64,000 nucleotides of DNA from Rhodocyclaceae bacterium (GTDB taxonomy: Bacteria > Pseudomonadota > Gammaproteobacteria > Burkholderiales > Rhodocyclaceae): contig JAVEWF010000001.1 of the NCBI GenBank assembly GCA_034004665.1, positions 5,134 through 69,133 of the forward strand. The letters are read 5' to 3'. Every line of letters starts with the position of its first letter. Positions within the stretch are counted from its first letter, which is position 1. The notes beneath the pieces were generated by a model. It was not told the DNA's origin. It saw nothing but the letters and a program-made list of their open reading frames with translations, and made no database searches. The position numbers and the translations under genes were made by a program. This document shows positions 43,748 through 54,742 of this stretch, in pieces.

Positions 43748-44637
43748 CACTTGTCCAGGGTATCGAGCCAGGCATCCCGGCGCGTGCGTGCGACGGCAAA
43801 CATCCGCTCCAGACCGGTGCTGTCCGCACCGGCCAGCAGCACGCGGGTGCGCAGCAGTTCGGCCATGTAGGCATCCAGTTCGCCGAGCAGCGCCTTGCGG
43901 TTGGCGAGGCAGATGTCGCGCCACATCTCGGGATGGCTGCTGGCGATGCGGGTGAAGTCGCGGAATCCGCTGGCGGCGAAGCCGAACAGCTGGTCGGCGT
44001 TGGTCCGCCCCGCCAGGTCATGCACCAGCGCGAAGGCCAGCAGGTGTGGAAGATGGCTCACGGCGGCGAAAACGCGATCGTGCTCTTCGGGCGCGAGCTC
44101 GGAAACCCGGGCGCCGCAGAGTTCCCAGACCTTGCGTACCGCGGCCACGTCGGCGGGCGCATTCTCCTGCAGGGGCGTCAGCACGACGCGCTTGCCGACG
44201 TAGAGGTCGGGCTTCGCCGCTGCAACGCCGCTCTTCTCGGCTCCGGCGATCGGATGTCCGGGGACGAACTGGCCGATCCTGGCGCCGAATGCCGAGCGCG
44301 CCGCGGCGACCACGTCGGCCTTGGTGCTGCCGCCGTCGGTCACCAGCGTCTGCGGCTCCAGGTGCGGCGCCATGGCGCGCATCACGGCCTCCATCTGGCC
44401 GACCGGCATGCCGAGCAGGACGAGGTCGGCACCCTTCAGTGCGCTGGCCCAATCGGTTTCGATGGTATCGATCACGCCGCGCCGCAACGCCTCTTCGAGC
44501 GGTGCGCGCGTGCGGCCCATCCCGACGATTTCGGGACAGCCCCGCCGCTCATTGGCACCTGAGGCCAGCGCAGCCTTTATCGATAAAGCGAAGGAACCGC
44601 CGATCAGGCCGACGCCGCAAACAACCAGCCTGCCCAT
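43747..44637 (-). CDS. tyrA: Prephenate/arogenate dehydrogenase
   Basis: [39 protein letters not shown]. Confidence 0.93.
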   Translation of the reverse strand: MGRLVVCGVGLIGGSFALSIKAALASGANERRGCPEIVGMGRTRAPLEEALRRGVIDTIETDWASALKGADLVLLGMPVGQMEAVMRAMAPHLEPQTLVTDGGSTKADVVAAARSAFGARIGQFVPGHPIAGAEKSGVAAAKPDLYVGKRVVLTPLQENAPADVAAVRKVWELCGARVSELAPEEHDRVFAAVSHLPHLLAFALVHDLAGRTNADQLFGFAASGFRDFTRIASSHPEMWRDICLANRKALLGELDAYMAELLRTRVLLAGADSTGLERMFAVARTRRDAWLDTLDK

Positions 44638-45725
44638 CAGAGCGATTGCTCCAGCGCCTCGAGGAAACGTTGGTTCTCGGTTTCGAGACCGATGGTGACG
44701 CGCAGGTGGTTCGGCAGCCCGTAGCCGCCGATGGGACGCACGATCACGCCCTGTTTCAGCAGCTTCTGGTTGACCGCAGCGCCCTCCCTGACTTCGAAGG
44801 TGACGAAGTTGCCGTGCGAGGGAATGTGCTCGAGTCCGAGCCGCTTGAGGCCGGCGACGATCTGCTCCATGCCGCGCCGGTTCAACTCGTAGCTCTCGGC
44901 GACGAACAGGTGGTCGTCGAGCGCCGCGCAGGCGGCCGCGATGGCGAGGTTATTGACGTTGAAGGGCTGGCGCACGCGGTTGAGCAGGTCGGCCACTTCG
45001 GCCGAGGCGACGGCGAAACCGACCCGCAGCCCGGCCAGGCCGTAGATCTTGGAGAAGGTGCGCGTGACGATGAGGTTCGGAAACTCCCTGATCCATGCCG
45101 TGGTATCGACGCGATCGGCCGGCGGCAGGTACTCGTTGTAAGCCTCGTCGAGCACCACGGCGACGTCGCCGGGCAGGCCGGCGATGAATTCACGCACTTC
45201 GGCATAGGGCAGGAAGTTGCCGGTCGGATTGTTCGGATTGGCGATCCAGACGACGCGCGTATCGGGACGAACGGCCACCTTCATCGCATCAAGATCATGG
45301 CCGTAGAGTTTGGCCGGCGCGACGATGCATTCCGCACCGGTCGAGAGCGTCGCCAGCGGATAGACGGCGAAGGCATGCTTTGAAAACACCGCCGAGCGGC
45401 CCGGTGCGAGAAATACGCGCGCGGCCAGATCGAGGACATCGTTCGAGCCATTGCCGATGACGATCTGGTTCTGGCCTACGCCGAGCCGTTCCGCCAGCTT
45501 GGCGATGAGTTCGAACTGGTCTGGGTAACGTTCCAGCCCGCCGATTGCAGCTTCGACGGCAACACGCGCCTTCGGGCTCATGCCCAGGGGATTCTCGTTG
45601 GAGGCGAGCTTGACGATGCTCTCGACGGGCAGCCCCATCTCTCGCGCCAGCTCGGTGATCGGCTTGCCCGGCACATAGGGCGAAATGCCGCGGATGTAGG
45701 ACAGCGCCTGTTCGGTGATGCTCAT
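44637..45725 (-). CDS. hisC: Histidinol-phosphate/aromatic aminotransferase
   Basis: KLASNENP, GNGSND, NPNNPTG, DEAY, RTFSKIYGLAGLRVG. Confidence 0.94.
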   Translation of the reverse strand: MSITEQALSYIRGISPYVPGKPITELAREMGLPVESIVKLASNENPLGMSPKARVAVEAAIGGLERYPDQFELIAKLAERLGVGQNQIVIGNGSNDVLDLAARVFLAPGRSAVFSKHAFAVYPLATLSTGAECIVAPAKLYGHDLDAMKVAVRPDTRVVWIANPNNPTGNFLPYAEVREFIAGLPGDVAVVLDEAYNEYLPPADRVDTTAWIREFPNLIVTRTFSKIYGLAGLRVGFAVASAEVADLLNRVRQPFNVNNLAIAAACAALDDHLFVAESYELNRRGMEQIVAGLKRLGLEHIPSHGNFVTFEVREGAAVNQKLLKQGVIVRPIGGYGLPNHLRVTIGLETENQRFLEALEQSL

Positions 45726-45760
45726 GCGAACCTCGTGGATATCAGATCAGATTGCAGCTT

Positions 45761-46852
45761 TCAGTGGCCTTTGGGGTAGGAGCCGAGTTCCTTGAGAAAT
45801 CCGACGCAGCCGCGCAGGTCGTCGAGTGCCGCCGCGACCTTCGCATCCTGGCGATGGCCATCGATATCGACGAAGAAGACGTACTCCCAGCGACTGTTGC
45901 CGAAACCGCGCGCAGGACGCGACTCGAAGCGCGACATCGACACGGCATGCCGCTTGAGCGGGGTCAGCAGGTCATGCACGGCCCCGGGCTTGTTCTGTGC
46001 CGAACAGACGAACGAGGTCTTGTCGATGCCGGACGGACCGGCGTCATGGTTGGCCAGCACGACGAAGCGCGTGGTGTTGTTCGGATCGTCTTCGATGTTC
46101 GCGGCGAGGATGTTGAGCTCGTAGAGCCGCGCCGCCGCCTCGCCGGCGATGGCGCAGGCCTCGGGGTCCTGCGCTGCCATGCGCGCCGCCTCGGCGTTGC
46201 TGGCTACCGGCACGCGCGATACACCTGACAGGTTCCGATTGAGCCACTCATGGCATTGCGCCAGCGACTGCGCATGGGAGTACAGCTTATTCACGTCAGC
46301 CAGAGACGCCGCCTTGGTCATCAGATTCTGGTGAATACGCAGATTGACTTCGCCGCAGATCATCAGCGGCGAAGTGAGCATCTGGTCGAGCGTGCGCCCC
46401 ACCGAACCTTCAGTCGAGTTCTCGATCGGCACCACGCCGTAGTCGACCTGTCCGGACTCGACGGCACGAAATACGTCGTCGATGGTCAGGAAGGGCATGA
46501 AGGTCGGCGCGGAACCAAAATGCTTTTTCGCCGCCGACTCGGTGAACGTGCCGGCGGGACCGAAGTAGGCGATCTTGAGGGGCTGCTCGAGCGCCAGGCA
46601 GGCCGACATCACCTCACGGAAGATGGTGCGCACCGCGCCTTCCGGCAGCGGACCGGGGTTGGTTTCTGCAATGCGTCGCAGCACCTGCGCCTCCCGCTCG
46701 GGACGGTAAATGTTGCCGTGCTTGATCTCGCCCACGCGCTGCGCGAGCCTGGCCCGCTCGGAAAGCAGGCCAAGGACCTCGTTGTCGATACGGTCGATGC
46801 CATCGCGCAGTCTGGCGAGCTCTTCCTGCTCGGTGTTCTGCGAGTTTGCCAT
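45761..46852 (-). CDS. pheA: Chorismate mutase / prephenate dehydratase
   Basis: LRDGID...RPERE CM domain; GPAGTF, PIENS, NTTRF, ESRP ACT domain. Confidence 0.95.
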   Translation of the reverse strand: MANSQNTEQEELARLRDGIDRIDNEVLGLLSERARLAQRVGEIKHGNIYRPEREAQVLRRIAETNPGPLPEGAVRTIFREVMSACLALEQPLKIAYFGPAGTFTESAAKKHFGSAPTFMPFLTIDDVFRAVESGQVDYGVVPIENSTEGSVGRTLDQMLTSPLMICGEVNLRIHQNLMTKAASLADVNKLYSHAQSLAQCHEWLNRNLSGVSRVPVASNAEAARMAAQDPEACAIAGEAAARLYELNILAANIEDDPNNTTRFVVLANHDAGPSGIDKTSFVCSAQNKPGAVHDLLTPLKRHAVSMSRFESRPARGFGNSRWEYVFFVDIDGHRQDAKVAAALDDLRGCVGFLKELGSYPKGH

Positions 46853-48042
46853 CAGGCTTCCTGCGGGAGATAACGCACGGCCAGCACGCCCTCGATCCTG
46901 GCGATCTGGTCGATCACCTTTTTCGGCACCTTGCTGTCGACATCCACGAGCGTGTAGGCGATGTCCTTCTTCGACTTGTTCACCATGTTGTGGATGTTGA
47001 GCTTCGCGTCGGCCATGGCGGTCGAGATCTGGCCGACCATGTTCGGCACGTTGGCGTTGGCGATGGCGATGCGATAGGCCGATTCGCGCGGCATGGCGAC
47101 TGCCGGAAAATTCACCGAATTGACAATGTTGCCGTCAAGCAGGTAGTCGCGTACCTGGTCGGCGACCATCATGGCGCAGTTCTCTTCTGCTTCCCGCGTC
47201 GAAGCGCCGAGATGCGGCAGTGCGATGACCTGCGGGTGGTGGTTGACGTGCTTGCTCGGAAAATCGCAGACGTAGGTACCCAGCTGCTTCGCTTCCAGTG
47301 CTGCCAGCACCGCCGCCTCGTCGACCACGCCCTCGCGCGAGAAGTTGAGCAGAACAGGCAAATGAGCACCGTGCTTCATCAGCTTGATGCTGTCGGCGTT
47401 GATCATCTTGCGGGTGGCATCGACCAGCGGCACGTGCAGGGTGAGGAAGTTGCTGCCCTTCAGCACCTCGGAGAGGCTGTTGGCCTTCTTCACCTGCGAA
47501 GGCAGGCTCCAGGCCGCATCGACGGTGATCTCCGGATCGTAGCCAATGACATGCATGCCCAGCTTGATTGCCGCGTCTGCAATCAAGCAGCCGATCTTGC
47601 CAAGGCCGATCACGCCGAGCGTATGGCCGGCCAACTCGTAGCCGGCGTAGGTCTTCTTGCCGTTCTCGACCTTCTTTTCCATCTCGGAATCGTTCGGGTC
47701 GAGCGCCGTGACGAACTTCATCGCGCCGCCGATGTTGCGTGCGGCGAGCAGCATGCCGGCGAGCACCAGTTCCTTGACCGCGTTGGCGTTGGCGCCCGGC
47801 GCGTTGAACACCGGGACGCCGCGCTTCGACATCTCGGCCACGGGAATGTTGTTGGTGCCCGAGCCGGCGCGGCCGATGGCCAGCACCGACCTGGCGATCT
47901 CGACGCTGTGCAGGTCGGCCGAACGCAACAGGATCGCATCCGGGCTGGCGATCTCCTTGCCGCAGTCGAAGCGCTCGCCCAGCCGCTTGAGGCCGGTCTG
48001 CGAAACGTTGTTGAGAATCAGAACCCTGAATTGGTCGGCCAT
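46852..48042 (-). CDS. serA: D-3-phosphoglycerate dehydrogenase
   Basis: RAGSGTNNI, GLGKIG, PHLGAST, C-terminal ACT; follows serC. Confidence 0.9.
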   Translation of the reverse strand: MADQFRVLILNNVSQTGLKRLGERFDCGKEIASPDAILLRSADLHSVEIARSVLAIGRAGSGTNNIPVAEMSKRGVPVFNAPGANANAVKELVLAGMLLAARNIGGAMKFVTALDPNDSEMEKKVENGKKTYAGYELAGHTLGVIGLGKIGCLIADAAIKLGMHVIGYDPEITVDAAWSLPSQVKKANSLSEVLKGSNFLTLHVPLVDATRKMINADSIKLMKHGAHLPVLLNFSREGVVDEAAVLAALEAKQLGTYVCDFPSKHVNHHPQVIALPHLGASTREAEENCAMMVADQVRDYLLDGNIVNSVNFPAVAMPRESAYRIAIANANVPNMVGQISTAMADAKLNIHNMVNKSKKDIAYTLVDVDSKVPKKVIDQIARIEGVLAVRYLPQEA

Positions 48043-48046
48043 GATC

Positions 48047-49129
48047 TCAGCCTTTCTGTGCCGCGAATTCCTTCATGTACTCGACCAGCGCCCGTACGCC
48101 CTCGACCGGCATGGCGTTGTAGATCGAGGCGCGCATGCCGCCGACCGAGCGGTGGCCCTTGAGCTGGATCATGCCGCGCGCCTTGGCGCCCTTCAGGAAC
48201 TCTTCGTCGAGCGAAGCATCCTTGAGCGTGAAGGGAACGTTCATGCGCGAGCGATCCGAACGGGCGACCGGATTGCGGTAGAAGTCGGTGGAATCGAGAT
48301 AGTCGTACAGCAGGTTCGCCTTCTCGATGTTCTTCTGCTCCATCGCGGCGACACCGCCGTTGCGCTTGATCCACTGGAACACCAGGCCGGCGATGTAGAT
48401 GCCGTAGGTCGGCGGGGTGTTGTACATCGACTCGGCATCCACGTGGGTCTTGTAGTCGAGCATCGCGGGCGGCGTCGGCACCGCCTTGCCGACGAGGTCG
48501 TCGCGGATGACGACGATGGTCAGGCCGGCCGGGCCGATGTTCTTCTGTGCGCCGGCATAGATCAGGCCATACTTGCTGACATCGACCGGACGCGACAGGA
48601 TGTTCGAGGACATGTCGCAGACGAGCGGCACGTCGCCGGTCTCGGGAATCCAGTTGAACTCGACGCCGCCGATGGTTTCGTTGGCGGTGTAGTGGACGTA
48701 GGCGGCATCCTTCGTGAGTTTCCAGTCGGCAAAGGCCGGCGCGTAGGTAAAGCTCTTGTCCTCGGCACTGGCGGCGACATTGACGTTGCAGAAGGTCTTG
48801 GCCGCCTTGATGGCCTTCTTCGCCCATTCGCCGGTATGCACGTAGTCGGCAACGGCCTTGCCGCGCAGCAGGTTGATCGGGATCATTTCGAACTGCAGCG
48901 AAGCGCCGCCCTGCAGGAACAGCACCTTGTAGTTCGCCGGAATGCCCATCAACTCGCGCAGGTCGGCCTCGGCCTGGGCGGCAATGCCCATGAACTCCTT
49001 GCCGCGGTGGCTCATCTCCATCACCGAAGAACCGCTGCCGTGCCAGTCGAGCATCTCGTCGGCGGCCTGTTTCAGGACTTCCTCGGGCAGCGCGGCGGGG
49101 CCGGCGCTGAAGTTGAATACGCGTGCCAT
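48047..49129 (-). CDS. serC: Phosphoserine aminotransferase
   Basis: [38 protein letters not shown]; ATG at 49129. Confidence 0.96.
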   Translation of the reverse strand: MARVFNFSAGPAALPEEVLKQAADEMLDWHGSGSSVMEMSHRGKEFMGIAAQAEADLRELMGIPANYKVLFLQGGASLQFEMIPINLLRGKAVADYVHTGEWAKKAIKAAKTFCNVNVAASAEDKSFTYAPAFADWKLTKDAAYVHYTANETIGGVEFNWIPETGDVPLVCDMSSNILSRPVDVSKYGLIYAGAQKNIGPAGLTIVVIRDDLVGKAVPTPPAMLDYKTHVDAESMYNTPPTYGIYIAGLVFQWIKRNGGVAAMEQKNIEKANLLYDYLDSTDFYRNPVARSDRSRMNVPFTLKDASLDEEFLKGAKARGMIQLKGHRSVGGMRASIYNAMPVEGVRALVEYMKEFAAQKG

Positions 49130-49134
49130 TTGCT

Positions 49135-51678
49135 TCACTCCTCTTCGGTTTCGATGACCTTTTCGATGCCGGCCAGCTTGGTGCCGTCATCCAGATTGAT
49201 GAGCCGCACGCCCTGGGCGGAACGGCCGGTTTCGCGGACCTGGTCGACCTTGCTGCGGATCAGCACGCCGCCGGTGGAAATCAGCATCACCTCGTCGCCG
49301 CCCTCGACCAGCACGGCACCGACCACCGGGCCGTTGCGCTCGGAGGTCTGGATTGCGATCATGCCCTTGGTGCCGCGCCCGTGCCTGGTGTATTCGGCGA
49401 TCGGCGTGCGCTTGCCATAGCCATTCTCGGTGGCGGTCAGCACGTTGAGACTTTCGTCCTGCGCGACCAGCATGCAGATGACCGTCTGGCCGTCTTCGAG
49501 CATCATGCCGCGCACGCCGCGTGCCGCCCGACCCATCGGCCGCACGTCGTCCTCGGCAAAACGCACCGCCTTGCCGGCGTCGGAGAACAACATCACGTCG
49601 CAGGCGCCATCGGTGATCGCCACGCCGATCAGGTAGTCGCCATCGTCGAGATTGACGGCAATGATGCCGGCCTTGCGCGGGTTGGCGAAATCGGTCAGCG
49701 GCGTCTTCTTGACGGTGCCCATGGCCGTGGCCATGAAGATGAAATGCGCCTCGTCGAAAGTCGGCGTCGGCAGGACAGCGGTGATCTTCTCGCCCTCCTC
49801 CAGCGGGAAGAGATTGACGATCGGCTTGCCGCGACTGGTCCGCGCACCCTCCGGTACCTCGTAGACCTTGAGCCAGTAGACCCGGCCACGGTTCGAGAAG
49901 CACAGGATGTAGTCGTGCGTGTTGGCGATGAACAGGCGATCGACGAAATCCTCGTCCTTGATGTCGGCCGCCTTCTTGCCCCGTCCGCCATGCCGCTGGG
50001 TGCGATAGTCGTCGAGGCTCTGGCGCTTGACGTAGCCGGCGTGCGAGAGCGTCACCACCATGTCTTCGCGGGCGATCAGGTCCTCGAGATTGATGTCGGC
50101 GGTCTGCAGGACGATTTCCGAGCGACGCTTGTCGCCGAACTGGGCGCGGATTGCGTTGAGTTCGTCCACAATGATCCGGGTGATGCGCTCGGGACGCGCG
50201 AGGATGTCGAGCAGGTCGGTGATGATGTCCATGACCTCGCGATACTCGGCGAGGATCTTGTCCTGCTCGAGGCCGGTCAGGCGCTGCAGGCGCAGTTCGA
50301 GAATGGCCTGTGCCTGCACGTCGGAGAGCAGGTAGCCGCGCCGCGACAGTCCGAATTCCGGTGCCAGGCCCTCGGGGCGGGATGCTTCGGCGGAGGCTCG
50401 CAACAGCATTTCCTCGACCAGCGCCGACTTCCAGGTGCGCGCCATCAGTTCGCGTTTCGCATCCGCAGGTGTCGGCGCCGCCTTGATGAGCGCGATCACC
50501 TCGTCGACGTTCGACAGCGCCACAGCGAGGCCTTCGAGCACATGGCCGCGATCGCGCGCCTTGCGCAATTCGAACACCGTGCGCCGCGTCACCACTTCGC
50601 GGCGGTGCGAAAGGAAGCATTCGAGCAGCTGCTTGAGGTTGAGGATTTGCGGACGACCATCGATCAGCGCCACCATGTTCATGCCGAAGGTGTCCTGCAA
50701 CTGCGTCTGCTTGAACAGGTTGTTGAGGACGACCTCGGGCACTTCACCGCGCTTCAGCTCGATCACCAGCCGCATGCCGGACTTGTCCGACTCGTCCTGG
50801 ATGTGGGCGATGCCCTCGATCTTCTTGTCGTTGACCAGCTCGGCGATCTTTTCCTGCAATGTCTTTTTGTTGACCTGATAGGGCAGCTCATCGACGACGA
50901 TCGCCTGCCGGCCGCTCTTCTCCAGATCCTCGAAATGGGTGCGGGCGCGCATGATCACGCGGCCGCGACCGGTCAGGTAGCCTTCGCGGACGCCGGACAC
51001 GCCGTAGATCAGACCAGCCGTCGGGAAATCGGGTGCCGGGACGATCTTGATCAGCTCCTCGATGTCGATGGCCGGATCGTCGAGCAGGGCGAGGCAGGCA
51101 TCGACCACCTCGTTCAGGTTGTGCGGCGGAATGTTGGTCGCCATACCGACGGCGATGCCGGAGGAACCGTTGATCAGCAGGTTCGGCAGGCGCGTCGGCA
51201 GGATCAGCGGTTCCTTTTCGGAGCCGTCGTAGTTCGGACCGAAGTCGACAGTCTCCTTCTCGATGTCCAGCAGCAGTTCATGGCCGATTCTGGCCATGCG
51301 CACCTCGGTATAACGCATCGCCGCCGCGTTGTCGCCATCGACCGAGCCGAAGTTGCCCTGGCCGTCGACCAGCATGTAACGCAGCGAAAAATCCTGCGCC
51401 ATGCGCACGATCGTGTCGTAGACCGCCGTGTCGCCGTGGGGGTGATATTTACCGATGACGTCGCCGACGACCCGCGCCGACTTCTTGTAGGCCCTGTTCC
51501 AGTCGTTGCCCAGTTCGTGCATCGCGTAAAGTACGCGCCGATGAACAGGTTTCAGGCCATCTCGAGCATCCGGCAGGGCGCGCCCGACGATCACGCTCAT
51601 CGCGTAATCGAGATAGGAGTGGCGCATTTCCTCTTCGAGGCTGACCGGCAGTGTTTCCTTGGCGAAGGCAGAGGTCAT
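49135..51678 (-). CDS. gyrA: DNA gyrase subunit A
   Basis: [24 protein letters not shown], GyrA box QRHGGRG, beta-pinwheel repeats; ATG at 51678. Confidence 0.97.
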   Translation of the reverse strand: MTSAFAKETLPVSLEEEMRHSYLDYAMSVIVGRALPDARDGLKPVHRRVLYAMHELGNDWNRAYKKSARVVGDVIGKYHPHGDTAVYDTIVRMAQDFSLRYMLVDGQGNFGSVDGDNAAAMRYTEVRMARIGHELLLDIEKETVDFGPNYDGSEKEPLILPTRLPNLLINGSSGIAVGMATNIPPHNLNEVVDACLALLDDPAIDIEELIKIVPAPDFPTAGLIYGVSGVREGYLTGRGRVIMRARTHFEDLEKSGRQAIVVDELPYQVNKKTLQEKIAELVNDKKIEGIAHIQDESDKSGMRLVIELKRGEVPEVVLNNLFKQTQLQDTFGMNMVALIDGRPQILNLKQLLECFLSHRREVVTRRTVFELRKARDRGHVLEGLAVALSNVDEVIALIKAAPTPADAKRELMARTWKSALVEEMLLRASAEASRPEGLAPEFGLSRRGYLLSDVQAQAILELRLQRLTGLEQDKILAEYREVMDIITDLLDILARPERITRIIVDELNAIRAQFGDKRRSEIVLQTADINLEDLIAREDMVVTLSHAGYVKRQSLDDYRTQRHGGRGKKAADIKDEDFVDRLFIANTHDYILCFSNRGRVYWLKVYEVPEGARTSRGKPIVNLFPLEEGEKITAVLPTPTFDEAHFIFMATAMGTVKKTPLTDFANPRKAGIIAVNLDDGDYLIGVAITDGACDVMLFSDAGKAVRFAEDDVRPMGRAARGVRGMMLEDGQTVICMLVAQDESLNVLTATENGYGKRTPIAEYTRHGRGTKGMIAIQTSERNGPVVGAVLVEGGDEVMLISTGGVLIRSKVDQVRETGRSAQGVRLINLDDGTKLAGIEKVIETEEE
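49757..49780 (+). repeat. 24-bp motif copy (1 core mismatch), in gyrA
   Basis: aaagtcgg-cgtcggcag-gacagcg; encodes AVLPTPTF on the minus strand. Confidence 0.75.
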
Positions 51679-51795
51679 GGATCTTCTTGGCTGCCCCAAA
51701 ATTGGGCACGTCGAAAAGTCGGGAATTCTAACATGGAGAGCGTCCCCGACCTACCCCATCCGCAATTCACAGACACCATATAACTGCATGTTTTC

Positions 51796-53157
51796 ATGAT
51801 GGATTTACAAATCACCGCCGATCATTTGCCATCCAGCCCCATCCTTGTCGATCAGCAGATTGATGCACGCTGGATCATTCCGGTCGAACCCGCAGGTACG
51901 GTTCTGGAGAAATATTCGCTGGTAATCGACGGCGAGTTCATCCGCGACCTCCTGCCGACGAGCGAGGCCGCCGTCCGTTACTCGGCCCGGCGACACCTCC
52001 AACTGGAGCAGCATGTCCTGATGCCGGGACTGGTCAACCTGCATACCCATGCAGCCATGAGCCTGCTGCGGGGATTCGCGGATGACCTGGCCCTGATGCG
52101 ATGGCTGCAGGAACATATCTGGCCTGCGGAAGGCCGTCTCATGTCCACGGAATTCGTTCGCGATGGCACCGCACTGGCCTGCTGGGAAATGCTGCGCGGT
52201 GGCACCACCTGCTTCAACGACATGTACTTTTTTCCCGAGGCTGCCGCCGAAGCGGCCCTGTCCGCAGGCATGCGTGCAACGCTGGGCATCACGGTTTTCG
52301 AGTTCCCGAGCGCTTACGGCCGGAACGCCACCGACTACCTTGAAAAAGGCATGCAAACCAGGGAGCGATTTCGCGATTCGCCGCTGGCCTCGTTCTGCCT
52401 TGCCCCGCATGCGCCCTATACCGTCGCCGACCGGACCTTCGAGCGGGTCGGGCAACTCGCTGAAGAATTCGACTTGCCGGTCCATCTGCATGTCCATGAA
52501 ACCAGCGACGAAATCGACGCAAGCCTCAAGGAGCATGGTGTTCGCCCCCTGAGGCGACTGCATCGCCTCGGGCTGGTCAGCCCCCGCCTGATCGCCGTGC
52601 ATGCGGTTCATCTCGAAAGGGACGAGATCGACCTGCTCGAAAGCAACGGCAGTCACATCGCCCACTGCCCGACGTCCAACATGAAGCTCGCGAGCGGCAT
52701 CGCTCCGATCGGGGACATGCTGGCGCGGGGTATCGGGGTCGGCCTCGGGACCGATGGCGCCGCGAGCAACAACCGGCTCGACATGTTTCAGGAAATGCGT
52801 CATGCCGCCCTGCTGGCCAAGGTCGCCGGACATGACCCGACGCTCCTGCCAGCTCATGCAGCATTGCGGATGGCCACGCTCGATGGTGCGAAGGCGCTGG
52901 GGCTTGATGACAGGATCGGCTCCCTCCGACCGGGCAAAAGGGCCGACCTCGCCGCCGTCGACCTGGGGGAATGGGTCCTCCAGCCCTGCTACGACCCGGC
53001 ATCGCATCTCGTCTATGTCGCCGGACGGGAACAGGTCAGCCATGTTTGGGTAAACGGACAGTTGCGGATTGAAGACAGACGTCCCTGCGGCGTCGACATG
53101 CGATCTTTGCTAGATAAAGTCGAGATATGGCAGAATAATGCGCTCGTAGTCGCTTGA
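51796..53157 (+). CDS. mtaD: TRZ/ATZ-family amidohydrolase (MTA/SAH deaminase-like)
   Basis: NLHTH, APHAPY, HVHET, HCPTSNMKLASG, GTDGAASNN; divergent from gyrA. Confidence 0.85.
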   Translation: MMDLQITADHLPSSPILVDQQIDARWIIPVEPAGTVLEKYSLVIDGEFIRDLLPTSEAAVRYSARRHLQLEQHVLMPGLVNLHTHAAMSLLRGFADDLALMRWLQEHIWPAEGRLMSTEFVRDGTALACWEMLRGGTTCFNDMYFFPEAAAEAALSAGMRATLGITVFEFPSAYGRNATDYLEKGMQTRERFRDSPLASFCLAPHAPYTVADRTFERVGQLAEEFDLPVHLHVHETSDEIDASLKEHGVRPLRRLHRLGLVSPRLIAVHAVHLERDEIDLLESNGSHIAHCPTSNMKLASGIAPIGDMLARGIGVGLGTDGAASNNRLDMFQEMRHAALLAKVAGHDPTLLPAHAALRMATLDGAKALGLDDRIGSLRPGKRADLAAVDLGEWVLQPCYDPASHLVYVAGREQVSHVWVNGQLRIEDRRPCGVDMRSLLDKVEIWQNNALVVA

Positions 53158-53283
53158 GCCGACCGCATGCGCGGAAACTCTGGCGGCTGTTAGATCATTC
53201 AGTTTCATCCGGCATAATTCGACCTGCACCACCCCTGCACCATCGACAGGCACCTCCAACAAATACGCATAGGGAAGACAACC

Positions 53284-53961
53284 ATGACCAAGTTTGCCTC
53301 CAAGAAGATTTTGCTCGCCGCCGCCCTGATCGGCGTTGGCATCACCGCCCAGGCCCAGACCCCCGGCATCGACATGAACGGTACCGTCGGCTATGTCATC
53401 GACCAGCGCGGTTATGTCGCCAAGAGCGGCACGGGCCTGTGCTGGCGGACCGGCTACTGGACTCCCGCCATGGCCATCGAGGAATGCGATCCCGATCTGG
53501 TCAAGAAAGCCGAGGCACCCAAGGCGGCCGCACCTGCGCCCGCCGCCGCCAAGCCCGCTCCCAAGCCCGCCGCCAAGAAGGTGACCCTCGCTGCCGACGC
53601 CCTGTTCGATTTCGACAAGGCCGTGCTGCGCGCCGAAGGCAAAGCCAAGCTCGACAAGCTGGCCGGCGACATCCAGGGCATCAAGCTCGAAGTGATCATC
53701 GCCGTCGGCCATGCCGACCGCATCGGCTCCGACAAGTACAACCAGAAGCTTTCCGAGCGTCGCGCCGCGGCCGTCAAGGACTATCTGGTCGGCAAGGGCG
53801 TCGAGGCCAACCGCGTCTATGCCGAAGGCAAGGGCGAAAAGCAGCCGGTCACCGGCGACAAGTGCGGCAAGAGCGTCGCCAAGACCAAGAAGCTGATCGA
53901 GTGCCTGCAACCCGACCGTCGCGTCGAGATCGAAGTGATCGGCACACAAGAAGTCAAGTAA
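53284..53961 (+). CDS. ompA: OmpA-family protein (betaproteobacterial type)
   Basis: Signal peptide, GLCWRTGYW, Pro/Ala linker, GHADRIG, YNQKLSERRA, DRRVEI. Confidence 0.92.
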   Translation: MTKFASKKILLAAALIGVGITAQAQTPGIDMNGTVGYVIDQRGYVAKSGTGLCWRTGYWTPAMAIEECDPDLVKKAEAPKAAAPAPAAAKPAPKPAAKKVTLAADALFDFDKAVLRAEGKAKLDKLAGDIQGIKLEVIIAVGHADRIGSDKYNQKLSERRAAAVKDYLVGKGVEANRVYAEGKGEKQPVTGDKCGKSVAKTKKLIECLQPDRRVEIEVIGTQEVK

Positions 53962-53983
53962 GCTTCACGCTTCAGGCAAGTAC

Positions 53984-54015
53984 GAAAAGCCCTGCATCGC
54001 AGGGCTTTTCCATTT
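53984..54015 (+). terminator. Intrinsic terminator after ompA
   Basis: gaaaagccctgc-atc-gcagggcttttc hairpin. Confidence 0.8.
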
Positions 54016-54027
54016 GTGGAAGAGACC

Positions 54028-54741
54028 ATGGAAACGAACACCACCCTCAACGTCGATCACCAGGAAGTCGCCAAGTTCAGCGAACTCGCCCATCGCTGGT
54101 GGGACCCCAATTCCGAGTTCAAGCCCCTGCATGACATCAACCCCCTGCGGCTTGGCTGGATCGACCGTTCTACCGGGCTCGCCGGCAAGCAGGTGCTCGA
54201 TGTCGGCTGCGGTGGCGGCCTCCTCGCGGAAGGCATGGCCGCCTGCGGCGCGAAGGTCACCGGGATCGACCTATCCGAAAAGGCCTTGGGCGTAGCGAAG
54301 CTGCACATGCTGGAAAGCGGCCGGCAGATCGACTATCGACATGTCGCCGCGGAAATGCTGGCCACCGAGGAACCGGCCGGCTACGACGTCGTGACCTGCC
54401 TCGAAATGCTGGAACACGTCCCCGACCCGGCCTCGACGGTGGCCGCCTGCGCACGGCTGGTGAAACCGGGCGGCCAGGTCTTCTTCTCGACCATCAACCG
54501 CAACCCCAAGGCCTACCTGTTCGCGGTCATCGGTGCGGAATACATACTCAACCTGCTGCCGAAAGGCACGCATGATTACGCCAAATTCCTGCGCCCGGCC
54601 GAACTGGCCCGTCATGCCCGCGATGCGGGACTCGCGGTCGAGGAAATCATCGGCATGAGCTACAACCCCCTGACGCAAACCTACAGGCTGGGCAGCGATA
54701 CCTCGGTCAATTACCTGATCCGGGCGACGCGCCCGGCCTGA
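54028..54741 (+). CDS. ubiG: Ubiquinone biosynthesis O-methyltransferase
   Basis: [33 protein letters not shown]. Confidence 0.96.
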   Translation: METNTTLNVDHQEVAKFSELAHRWWDPNSEFKPLHDINPLRLGWIDRSTGLAGKQVLDVGCGGGLLAEGMAACGAKVTGIDLSEKALGVAKLHMLESGRQIDYRHVAAEMLATEEPAGYDVVTCLEMLEHVPDPASTVAACARLVKPGGQVFFSTINRNPKAYLFAVIGAEYILNLLPKGTHDYAKFLRPAELARHARDAGLAVEEIIGMSYNPLTQTYRLGSDTSVNYLIRATRPA

Positions 54742-54742
54742 A

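Noticed and set aside
44530-44590. Odd segment in tyrA ([12 protein letters not shown]) with the short palindrome ctttatcgataaag
   Set aside because: Variable loop after the Rossmann helix; no flanking repeats or second copy seen
51410-51445. GyrA QRDR has Thr at the Ser83-equivalent position
   Set aside because: Thr is the normal residue in many beta- and gammaproteobacteria; not evidence of resistance
53505-53580. Low-complexity GCC/CCC repeats in ompA
   Set aside because: Ordinary Pro/Ala/Lys linker
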